Source: Candidatus Omnitrophota bacterium
Lineage (GTDB): Bacteria > Omnitrophota > Gorgyraeia > Aquiviventales > Aquiviventaceae
Length of the DNA: 64,000 nucleotides
Assembly: GCA_016180575.1 (NCBI GenBank)
Contig: JACPAY010000005.1
Location: 3,234-67,233 of the forward strand
Direction: 5' to 3'
A program made the position numbers and the translations under genes. The notes below the pieces were generated by a model. It made no database searches, was not told the origin of the DNA, and saw nothing but the letters and a program-made list of their open reading frames with translations. This document shows, piece after piece, positions 54,657-62,389 of this stretch; positions within the stretch are counted from its first letter, which is position 1; each line of letters starts with the position of its first letter.

Positions 54657-55240
54657 ACGAGGGGCTGAAGAGCGAGCTGCAGAAGCAGGGCGTCTACGTG
54701 ACGACGTGGGACCAGCTCGTCAACTGGGGCCGGAGCAACTCGATCTGGCCGCTCCAGTTCGGCCTCGCCTGCTGCGCCATCGAGATGATCGCGACCGCGG
54801 CCTCGCGCTATGACATCGCCCGCTTCGGCTCCGAGATCTTCCGCGCCAGCCCCCGCCAGGCGGACCTCATGATCGTGGCGGGGACGGTGACGAAGAAGAT
54901 GGCGCCGCAGGTCGTGCGGCTCTACAACCAGATGGCGGAGCCCAAGTACGTCATCTCGATGGGCGCCTGCGCCACCTCGGGCGGCCCGTTCCACACCGGC
55001 TACAACGTGCTCAAGGGGATCGACCGGTACATCCCCGTGGACGTGTACATCCCAGGCTGCCCGCCGACGCCCCAGGGGCTCCTCGAAGGGCTGATGCGGC
55101 TCCAGGAGCGGATCAAGAGCCGCTCGATGGGCCAGGAGGTGGGGGCGAAGCAGGCGGCGTATCCCGTGCCCGCCTTCGGCGCCTCGGGCCTCGAGCCCCG
55201 CTATACCCCCGGCGTCTTCCAGCCCCGCAAGCCCTGGTGA
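54647..55240 (+). CDS. nuoB: NADH-quinone oxidoreductase subunit B
   Basis: [18 protein letters not shown] and PGCPP N2-cluster motifs. C-terminal extension present. Confidence 0.9.
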   Translation: MGVDEGLKSELQKQGVYVTTWDQLVNWGRSNSIWPLQFGLACCAIEMIATAASRYDIARFGSEIFRASPRQADLMIVAGTVTKKMAPQVVRLYNQMAEPKYVISMGACATSGGPFHTGYNVLKGIDRYIPVDVYIPGCPPTPQGLLEGLMRLQERIKSRSMGQEVGAKQAAYPVPAFGASGLEPRYTPGVFQPRKPW

Positions 55241-55264
55241 AAAACGGTACCGGTTCCCATTGTT
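55239..55264. repeat. Family A palindrome copy A6
   Basis: gaaaaacggtaccggttcccattgtt, between nuoB and nuoC. Confidence 0.8.
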
Positions 55265-55267
55265 CCG

Positions 55268-55774
55268 ATGCTGCCATCCCCTGATGAACTGAAACGCGCG
55301 TTGGAGCAGTTGCTGCCCGGCGTCTCGCTGACGCTGGAGGGAACGGTCCTGTTCGTGGGGCCGAAGGACCTTGCCGCGGTGTGCCGCTGCCTGAAGGAGC
55401 AGGAGCGGTTCGGGCTCGACTACCTCGCGAACCTGACGGCGGTGGACTACCCGACGGAGCACCTGCCTGCCGCGCCGGAGGCGAGCACGAGTGGCGCGGC
55501 GCAGGCAGGGCGGATGGATGTGGTCTACCACCTCTATTCCATGGCGCAGAAGCACGGCCCGGTCATCCTCAAGGTGAAGCTCCCGCGGGCGAATCCGGTC
55601 GTCGCATCGGTGACCCCGATCTGGCGGGGCGCCGAGTTCCAGGAGCGCGAGGTCTATGACCTCTACGGGGTGACCTTCGAGGGGCATCCGGATCTGCGCC
55701 GCATCCTCATGTGGGACGGCTTTCAGGGCCACCCGATGCGCAAGGACTACGTGCCGGAGGATCAGGATGCTTAG
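55268..55774 (+). CDS. nuoC: NADH-quinone oxidoreductase subunit C (contains in-frame hairpin insert H2)
   Basis: LTAVDY...VVYHLYS and [22 protein letters not shown] motifs. Confidence 0.85.
   Translation: MLPSPDELKRALEQLLPGVSLTLEGTVLFVGPKDLAAVCRCLKEQERFGLDYLANLTAVDYPTEHLPAAPEASTSGAAQAGRMDVVYHLYSMAQKHGPVILKVKLPRANPVVASVTPIWRGAEFQEREVYDLYGVTFEGHPDLRRILMWDGFQGHPMRKDYVPEDQDA
55462..55509 (+). repeat. Family H intragenic hairpin insert H2 (48 nt, in frame)
   Basis: cctgcctgccgcgcc-16 nt-ggcgcggcgcaggcagg inside nuoC, translated [16 protein letters not shown]. Confidence 0.75.
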
Positions 55775-55850
55775 CGCGACGGAGCTGCTCGAGGTGAGCC
55801 TCCCCGGCCCGCCTGTCATCAGAGCCGGGGCGGGCGGGCCGCAGCCATGA
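55767..55850 (+). other. Relic or alternative nuoD 5' end (27-codon [19 protein letters not shown]...)
   Basis: Its ATG overlaps the nuoC stop. ATELLEVSL parallels [14 protein letters not shown] of the annotated nuoD. It is followed by the hairpin cggcccgcc..ggcgggccg. Confidence 0.45.
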
Positions 55851-56986
55851 TAACACCGCACGCGATTTCCGCCGAGCTGCTGGAAGTCAGCTTGGGCCCC
55901 CAACATCCGTCCACCCACGGCGTCTTCCGCATGAACGCGACGCTCGACGGCGAGACCATCGTGAAGCTCAAGCCGGTGATGGGCTACCTGCACCGCAACC
56001 ACGAGCAGATCGGCGAGCACGCGACCTACATCGCGAGCTTCCCGTTCACCGACCGGCTGGATTACTTCTGCGCGATGTCGAACAACCTGGGCCTTGCCCT
56101 CGCCATCGAGAAGCTGGGCGGCATCCCGGTCTCGGAGCGGGGCGAGTACCTGCGCGTCATCATGGCGGAGCTCACCCGCCTGGTGAACCACACCGCCGTC
56201 ACCGGCTTCCTCCTCAACGACATGGGCGCGTTCGGCACGCCGCTCCTCTATGCCTTCCGCGAGCGCGAGAAGATCCTCGACCTATTCGAAGAGGCGTCCG
56301 GCTCCCGGATGATGTGCAACTACATCCGGCCAGGCGGGGTGCGGCAGGACGTGCCGCCCGGGTGGCTGGATCGCGCCCGGGAACTCGTGCGGGGCTATCC
56401 GGCGTTCCTGGATGAGTTCGAGCGGCTGCTGACGGAAAACGAGATCATCCGCCAGCGCGCGCAGCAGGTCGGCGTCCTGCCGAAGGAGCTGGCGGTCAGC
56501 GCCAGCATCACCGGCCCGATGCTGCGCGCCTCAGGGGTCAACTACGATATCCGCAAGGTGGACGGCTACTCCCTCTACCCGCGCTTCAAGTTCAAGGTGC
56601 CGCTGGGCACGGTGGGCGACGTGTACGACCGCTACTACGTCCGCATCCTCGAGATGCGCGAGAGCGTCAAGATCCTGGAGCAGGCGCTGAAGGAGATCAA
56701 TGACGCGAGCCCGTCCATCAGCCCGAAGGGGCTGGCGCTCGTGAAGGCGCCGCGGACGTTCCGCCCGCCGAAGGGCGAGGCCTACGGCCGCATCGAGGCG
56801 CCGAAAGGGGAGCTGGGGTTCTACCTTGTGAGCGACGGCACGCCGCAGCCCTACCGCTACCACATCCGGGCGCCGAGCTTCATCAACCTGACGGTGCTCG
56901 AGGACCTGTGCCTCAATCATAAGGTGGCGGACGTCATCATCATCCTCGGCTCGGTGGACATCGTGATGGGTGAAGTTGACCGATGA
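55847..56986 (+). CDS. nuoD: NADH-quinone oxidoreductase subunit D (NdhH-like)
   Basis: [22 protein letters not shown] and APKGELGFY motifs with C-terminal [12 protein letters not shown]. Lacks the SMEx(4)HHFK segment of NuoEFG-containing complex I as I recall it. Confidence 0.85.
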   Translation: MITPHAISAELLEVSLGPQHPSTHGVFRMNATLDGETIVKLKPVMGYLHRNHEQIGEHATYIASFPFTDRLDYFCAMSNNLGLALAIEKLGGIPVSERGEYLRVIMAELTRLVNHTAVTGFLLNDMGAFGTPLLYAFREREKILDLFEEASGSRMMCNYIRPGGVRQDVPPGWLDRARELVRGYPAFLDEFERLLTENEIIRQRAQQVGVLPKELAVSASITGPMLRASGVNYDIRKVDGYSLYPRFKFKVPLGTVGDVYDRYYVRILEMRESVKILEQALKEINDASPSISPKGLALVKAPRTFRPPKGEAYGRIEAPKGELGFYLVSDGTPQPYRYHIRAPSFINLTVLEDLCLNHKVADVIIILGSVDIVMGEVDR

Positions 56987-56990
56987 CGGA

Positions 56991-57090
56991 GTCACAAAGT
57001 CACACAGAGGAGAAGCTGCACGCGGTCACAATGTCACATGGCTTCATGGCCAGTCCACCTTGTGACTTTGTGACCTTGTGACTTTGTGAC
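56991..57090. repeat. Family D copy D3
   Basis: 2+2 forward units and 4 reverse units (cttgtgactttgtgaccttgtgactttgtgac), between nuoD and nuoI. Confidence 0.85.
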
Positions 57091-57108
57091 TTCATAGGAG
57101 TATCTGCA

Positions 57109-57726
57109 ATGATTGGGGTTGGGGTGCTCAAGGGGATGGGGGTGACGCTCAAGACGTTCCTCGAGACCTACCCCTGGGGGCGGGGGCTGCTGCGGACGCT
57201 GCGCATGCCGCCGACGAACGGCCTTGTGACGGTCCAGTACCCCGACGTCAAGCAGCAGCACTCGGAGCGGTTCCGCTACTTCCCGTTCCTCGTGTACGAC
57301 CGGACGCCGGATGACCTGCGCTGCGTCGCCTGCAAGATCTGCGAGCAGGAGTGCCCCCCGCAGTGCATCCACATCGTGGGGCCGGCGAAGGACGCGCAGG
57401 GCCGTCCGCTCAAGGCGCACGGCCGGACCTACCCGGTCGCGTTCGACATCGATATGTCCATCTGCATGTCCTGCCGCATCTGCGTGGATGTCTGCCCCTT
57501 CGACGCCATCGAGATGGACAACCAGTACGAGCTCTCCGCCTCGGACCGTTGGGATCCCATGGTCTACGACAAGGAGAAATTGCTCAAGCCGGCCGAGTAC
57601 TTCCAGCAGATCAAGCCCACTGAGGCGGCCGAGGTGGACGCGCGCCTCGCCGCCAAGGCGAAGAAGGCCGCACCTGCCGCCCCACAGCCGCCAGCCCCGC
57701 CGGCCGCGCCGCCCCCCGCCGCATGA
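57109..57726 (+). CDS. nuoI: NADH-quinone oxidoreductase subunit I
   Basis: CVACKICEQECP and CMSCRICVDVCP 4Fe-4S motifs. Ala/Pro-rich C-terminal tail. Confidence 0.9.
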   Translation: MIGVGVLKGMGVTLKTFLETYPWGRGLLRTLRMPPTNGLVTVQYPDVKQQHSERFRYFPFLVYDRTPDDLRCVACKICEQECPPQCIHIVGPAKDAQGRPLKAHGRTYPVAFDIDMSICMSCRICVDVCPFDAIEMDNQYELSASDRWDPMVYDKEKLLKPAEYFQQIKPTEAAEVDARLAAKAKKAAPAAPQPPAPPAAPPPAA

Positions 57727-58988
57727 GCATTTCCCTCGACCAGCTCTTCGTGCAGCTCCACGGCGCCCTCCTCGGCGCGCTGCCGGCCTGGGCGCGCCCC
57801 TGGGTCTCGATCCTGGTGCGGATCGGGGTCATCGCGGCGCTCGCCCCGCTCATCATGATGTACCTCACGTGGATCGAGCGGAAGCTCATCGCCCGGATGC
57901 AGAACCGGTTTGGCCCGACCCGCGTGGGGCGCTACGGGCTGCTGCAGCCGCTCGCCGACGGGCTGAAGATGCTGATTAAGGAGGACATCGTCCCGACGGG
58001 CGCGGACCGGTTGCTCCACCTGGCGGCCCCGATCCTCGCGGTGGTCCCGGCGGTCCTGCTCTTCGCGGTGCTGCCCTTCGGGCGCAACCTCATCGCGGCC
58101 GACCTCAACGTCGGGCTCCTCTACGTCTTCGCGGTCTCCTCCGTCAGCTCCTACGCGATCTTCATGGGCGGCTGGGCCTCCCGGAGCAAGTTCTCCATCA
58201 TCGGGGCGATGCGCTCGGTCGCGCAGATCATCTCCTACGAAGTCCCGGGCGTCCTCTCGGTCGTCGCGGTCATCATGGTCACGGGCACGCTGTCCATGGT
58301 GGGCATCGTCGAATCGCAGGCCGAGCGCTGGTTCGTCTTCACCCCCTGGGGGCTCGTCGGTTGCCTCCTCTTCTTCCTCAGCGGGGTGGCCGAGGTCAAC
58401 CGCACGCCCTTCGACATGCCGGAGGCGGAGTCCGAGCTCGTCGCGGGCTTCCACACCGAGTACAGCGGGATGAAGTTCGCCCTGTGGTACATGGCGGAGT
58501 TCCTCGAGTCGTTCGCCGTCTGCGCCCTGACGGTGACGTTCTTCCTCGGCGGGTGGCAGGGGCCGCCGGTGCCGTTCTGGGCGCTGGCCGCGCTTTTGGC
58601 CGCGCTCGTCGGGACCGCCCGCCTGCTCATGTGGCCGGTGCGGCTCCTGGGGGCGGCGGCGATGGCGGGGGCGGGGGTGCTGTGGGGCGCTGAGCCGATC
58701 CCCTCCTGGATCTGGTTCCTCGCCAAGACGTACGCGCTCGTCTTCGTCCTCGTCTGGTTCCGCGGCACGCTGCCGCGCCTGCGGATCGATCAGCTGATGG
58801 GCCTCGCGTGGAAGTTCTTCCTGCCGCTTGGGCTCATCAATATCCTCGCCGCCGGCCTCTGGGTCTTGTGGCCGTTCCCCATCGGAACCGCGGCGAGCGC
58901 GCTCCTGCTCCTCGTCAGCGGCTGGGGCCTTGTGCGCGCGAACAACCCCGCGCCGCTGCAGTCCCGCACGTACGTCTTCGCCGAATAA
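57723..58988 (+). CDS. nuoH: NADH-quinone oxidoreductase subunit H
   Basis: ERKLIARMQNRFGP, GLLQPLADGLK and NRTPFDMPEAESELVAGFHTEYSG motifs. Confidence 0.9.
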   Translation: MSISLDQLFVQLHGALLGALPAWARPWVSILVRIGVIAALAPLIMMYLTWIERKLIARMQNRFGPTRVGRYGLLQPLADGLKMLIKEDIVPTGADRLLHLAAPILAVVPAVLLFAVLPFGRNLIAADLNVGLLYVFAVSSVSSYAIFMGGWASRSKFSIIGAMRSVAQIISYEVPGVLSVVAVIMVTGTLSMVGIVESQAERWFVFTPWGLVGCLLFFLSGVAEVNRTPFDMPEAESELVAGFHTEYSGMKFALWYMAEFLESFAVCALTVTFFLGGWQGPPVPFWALAALLAALVGTARLLMWPVRLLGAAAMAGAGVLWGAEPIPSWIWFLAKTYALVFVLVWFRGTLPRLRIDQLMGLAWKFFLPLGLINILAAGLWVLWPFPIGTAASALLLLVSGWGLVRANNPAPLQSRTYVFAE

Positions 58989-59002
58989 ACAAGGAGGCGC
59001 CG

Positions 59003-60775
59003 ATGACATCGCAGCCTGGGGACTCTCCAGCCCGCGTCGCGGCCTCGGAGCCGGCCGCTATCGAGTGGGAGCGCAAGCCGAAGACGATCGACGCCAACCT
59101 CAAGGACTACGACGCCGCCTACAAGGGCTTCGACTGGAAATCGGTCGAGCGGGAGTTCGACTGGTCGAAGACGGGGAAGGTGAACGTGGTCCATGAGGCG
59201 GTGGACCGCCACGCCGCCTCCCCGCGCAAGGACAAGCTCGCGCTCGCCTTCACCGACTTCGCGGGCCGGGATGAGCGCTGCACCTTCCAGGACCTCAAGC
59301 GGCTCACGAGCCGCTTCGCCCACGCGCTGCGGCAGCTCGGCGTGAAGAAGGGCGACCGCGTGGGGACGTTCCTGCCGCGCACGCCCGAACTCTACATCGC
59401 GATCCTCAGCATCAACCGCATCGGCGCCATCCCCGTGCCGCTCTTCGAAGCGTTCATGGAGCAGGCGGTCGAGGACCGGCTGGGGGACAGCGAGGCGGTC
59501 GCCTGCGTCACCTCGCCCGCCCTGAAGGGCCGCATCCCGCTCAAGAAGCTGCCGAAGCTCAAGCGGCTCATCCTCGTCGGCGCCTCCGGCGCGCTCGCCC
59601 CCAACGAGGCGAGCTACGAGCAGGCCACCGCCAACGCCCCGGATTGGGTGGAGCCGGAGTGGCTCACTGTTGACGACGGCCTCGTCATCCACTACACCTC
59701 AGGCTCCACGGGAAAGTCCAAGGGGGCGCTCCACCGCCAGTACGCGATGGTCGGCCACTACCAGACGAGCAAGTGGGCGCTCGACCTGCGGGATGACGAC
59801 GTGTACTGGTGCACGGCGGATCCTGGGTGGGTGACCGGCACCTCCTACGGCATCTACGGTCCCTGGACGCTGGGGATCTCGAGCGTCGTGATCGGCGGCC
59901 GCTTCGACCCGGACCGGTGGTACGAGACCATCCAGCGCTACAAGGTCACGATGTGGTACAGCGCGCCCACCGCCTACCGCATGCTCATGTCCGCGGGCGA
60001 GGCCATCCCGAAGAAGTACGACCTCAAGAGCCTGCGCCACATCTGCAGCGTCGGCGAGCCGCTCAATCCGGAGGCGCTGAAGTGGGTCAAGAAGATCACG
60101 GGCCTGGCGCCCCATGAGACCTGGTGGATGACCGAGACCGGCATGCAGCTCATCTGCAACTATCGGAGCAAAGATTTCCCCATCGGGTGCACGGGCAAGC
60201 CGTTCCCGGGCACCTACGCGACGGTGGTGAACGACCAGGGCAGGGAGCTGCCGCCGGGCGAGCTCGGCCACCTCGTCGTCAAGCCGGGCTGGCCGTCGAT
60301 GATGAAGGAGATCTGGCGAAACCCCGTCAAGTATCAGGAGTACTTCCGCATCCCCGGCTGGTATGTGAGCGGCGACAGCGCGTACCGGGACGAGCAGGGC
60401 TACCTCTGGTACCAGGGAAGGGCGGACGACGTCATCAAGACGGCGGGCGAGCGCGTGGGGCCGTTCGAGGTCGAAAGCGCCCTCGTCGCGCACCCGGCGG
60501 TGGCCGAGGCGGGGGTGATCGGCAAGCCCGACCCGGTGCGCGGGCACATCATCAAGGCCTTCGTCTCGCTGCGCAAGGGCCACCAGCCCTCGGAGCAGCT
60601 CAAGCAGGACATCGCCGACTTCGTGAAGAACAACCTTGCGGCCCACGCCGCCCCGCGCGAGATCGCGTTCGTGGACAAGGTGCCCAAGACCCGGTCGGGG
60701 AAGATCATGCGCCGCGTCCTGCGCGCCTGGGACCTCGGCCAGCCCGTCGGCGACATCTCGACGATGGAAGAATGA
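59003..60775 (+). CDS. acs: AMP-forming acetyl-CoA synthetase family ligase
   Basis: YTSGSTGKSKG AMP motif, WWMTETG, SGDSAYRDEQGY and PKTRSGKIMRR motifs. Confidence 0.8.
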   Translation: MTSQPGDSPARVAASEPAAIEWERKPKTIDANLKDYDAAYKGFDWKSVEREFDWSKTGKVNVVHEAVDRHAASPRKDKLALAFTDFAGRDERCTFQDLKRLTSRFAHALRQLGVKKGDRVGTFLPRTPELYIAILSINRIGAIPVPLFEAFMEQAVEDRLGDSEAVACVTSPALKGRIPLKKLPKLKRLILVGASGALAPNEASYEQATANAPDWVEPEWLTVDDGLVIHYTSGSTGKSKGALHRQYAMVGHYQTSKWALDLRDDDVYWCTADPGWVTGTSYGIYGPWTLGISSVVIGGRFDPDRWYETIQRYKVTMWYSAPTAYRMLMSAGEAIPKKYDLKSLRHICSVGEPLNPEALKWVKKITGLAPHETWWMTETGMQLICNYRSKDFPIGCTGKPFPGTYATVVNDQGRELPPGELGHLVVKPGWPSMMKEIWRNPVKYQEYFRIPGWYVSGDSAYRDEQGYLWYQGRADDVIKTAGERVGPFEVESALVAHPAVAEAGVIGKPDPVRGHIIKAFVSLRKGHQPSEQLKQDIADFVKNNLAAHAAPREIAFVDKVPKTRSGKIMRRVLRAWDLGQPVGDISTMEE

Positions 60776-60799
60776 AAAACGGGACCGGGTCCCTTTTTT
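60775..60799. repeat. Family A palindrome copy A7
   Basis: aaaaacgggaccgggtccctttttt, starting at the last base of the acs TGA stop. Confidence 0.85.
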
Positions 60800-60817
60800 C
60801 CACCGTTGGCCGATCAG

Positions 60818-60842
60818 AAAAAATGGACCCGGTCCCAATTTT
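60818..60842. repeat. Family A palindrome copy A8
   Basis: aaaaaatggacccggtcccaatttt, supplying the tlpA-like start codon. Confidence 0.85.
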
Positions 60843-61350
60843 GCTTTCGCTGCTTGTTCTCGCCGGCTGCGGCCAGCAGGGGATCGGCGCCGATTGGAAA
60901 CGCATCGAGCCCGGCGTCGCCGCGATCGACTTCGAGCTGCCGCAGCTCGACGGCCCGCCGGTGAAGCTGTCGGACTACCGGGGCCGCGTCGTCGTCATGG
61001 AATTCTGGGCGACCTGGTGCGGCCCCTGCCGGTTTTCACTTCCATCGCTTGAGGTCATCTACAAGCGGTACCGCGACCGAGGGATGACCGTCCTCTTGAT
61101 CAATGAGGGGGAAGAGGCCGAAGTGGCGCGGAAATGGGCGGAGAAGCGGTTCACGGCTCCTATCCTCCTGGACCGGGACCAGGCGGTCGGCGCGCGCTAC
61201 CGCGTGCGCGGCATCCCGCGGCTCTTCATCGTGGACCAGGCGGGGAACCTGGCGTATGCGCATGAAGGCTACGGCGGGGGGCTTGAGCGGAACCTCACGC
61301 TGATCCTCGATGAGTTCCTGGCGCCCCCCGCACCCGCCGCAGATGGCTGA
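60823..61350 (+). CDS. TlpA/ResA-like thioredoxin-fold lipoprotein
   Basis: Lipobox LAGC and WATWCGPC motif. The ATG and first ~7 codons lie inside element A8. Confidence 0.8.
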   Translation: MDPVPILLSLLVLAGCGQQGIGADWKRIEPGVAAIDFELPQLDGPPVKLSDYRGRVVVMEFWATWCGPCRFSLPSLEVIYKRYRDRGMTVLLINEGEEAEVARKWAEKRFTAPILLDRDQAVGARYRVRGIPRLFIVDQAGNLAYAHEGYGGGLERNLTLILDEFLAPPAPAADG

Positions 61351-61756
61351 TACGTTGAGCCTTCAAGACATCACCGTCGAGTGCCGGCTCGGGGTCCACG
61401 AGTGGGAGCGAGAAACGCCCCAGACCGCATGGGTGGATCTTGAGCTGGCGATTGATGCCGCCGCCGCGGCGGCCGCGGATGACGTGGAAGCGACGGTGGA
61501 TTACGCGGCCCTCGTGGAGTCGGTGCGGCGCCTCGCGCAGAGCCGCCCCTACCGCCTGCTGGAGACGCTGGCCGAGGAGATCGCGTCGCTCGTGCTGGGA
61601 GAGGCCGGGACCCCGTGGGTGCGGGTGCGGGTCAAGAAGCAGGCGCTTCCGGGGGTCGGCTACGCGGCGGTGGAGATCGAGCGCGCCGCGGCCCGGCGCC
61701 GCGCGGCCCGCCGTCCGGCGCGGGGACGCCGCCGGACCGCGGCATCGGGCCGGTAG
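61343..61756 (+). CDS. folB: Dihydroneopterin aldolase (FolB family)
   Basis: LGVHEWERETPQ..V.LEL..D......DD...TVDYAAL pattern. Arg/Ala-rich tail overlaps the 3' end of queD. Confidence 0.7.
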   Translation: MADTLSLQDITVECRLGVHEWERETPQTAWVDLELAIDAAAAAAADDVEATVDYAALVESVRRLAQSRPYRLLETLAEEIASLVLGEAGTPWVRVRVKKQALPGVGYAAVEIERAAARRRAARRPARGRRRTAASGR

Positions 61757-62145
61757 GCGGCGACGGAGCGCTCCGTCTCCCACACCCGGACGCAGGTGAC
61801 CGGAAAGCCCTGGGAGGCGGCGTGCTCGAAGATCAGCCGGGCGATCGCCTCGGCGGTCGGGTTGTCGTCGAGCAGGAAGACCGGCTCATGCCGCTCCCGC
61901 AGGAGCGGCGCCACCGGATCGTCGCGGTGCAGCAGCATCTTGTGGTCCAGCTCCTGGTCGATCCACGCCTGCACCACCCGCTTGATCTCGTCGAAATCCC
62001 GCACCATCCCCCTGCGGTCCAGCGTCCGGCTGCTCAGCTCGATCTCGACCTTCCCGTTGTGCCCGTGCAGGTAGCGGCACTTGCCCTGATAGTTCAGGAG
62101 CCGGTGGCCGTAGCAGAACTCGATAACTTTGGTAACTGCATACAT
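61660..62145 (-). CDS. queD: 6-carboxy-5,6,7,8-tetrahydropterin synthase
   Basis: FCYGHRL...C..LHGHN motif of the PTPS/QueD family. Confidence 0.85.
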   Translation of the reverse strand: MYAVTKVIEFCYGHRLLNYQGKCRYLHGHNGKVEIELSSRTLDRRGMVRDFDEIKRVVQAWIDQELDHKMLLHRDDPVAPLLRERHEPVFLLDDNPTAEAIARLIFEHAASQGFPVTCVRVWETERSVAAYRPDAAVRRRPRAGRRAARRRAAARSISTAA

Positions 62146-62148
62146 GGC

Positions 62149-62207
62149 GTCACAAGGTCACAAGGTCACAAGGTCACATGTGACGTGTGACGCTGTGACG
62201 TTGTGAC
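62149..62207. repeat. Family D copy D4 (most regular)
   Basis: gtcacaag x3 + gtcaca | tgtgac gtgtgac gctgtgac gttgtgac, starting 4 nt from the queD ATG. Confidence 0.9.
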
Positions 62208-62217
62208 CCACAATGGG

Positions 62218-62389
62218 TTAGAACCGGTTTCATAAATCCCCGCGGCCGCGCTGGGCCTAGCGGCGAGGCCCGCAAGGCGCGAGGAGCGTGGCGTACTCGC
62301 AGACGAGTACGCGAGCGACGAGCAACGCCGCGGGCCGACGCCGAGGCGCTCGCAACGCGGCTCGCGCGGATTTATGAAACCGGTTCTAG
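62218..62389. mobile_element. Family G MITE-like element (22-nt TIR TTAGAACCGGTTTCATAAATCC)
   Basis: TIRs at 62218-62239 and 62368-62389. The interior is a long imperfect palindrome centred on gcgtactcg-caga-cgagtacgc. Confidence 0.8.

Noticed and set aside
62149-62207. Family D arrays as a CRISPR array.
   Set aside because: The units are contiguous 8-mers with no unique spacers, the two halves are reverse complements of each other, and no cas genes are present.
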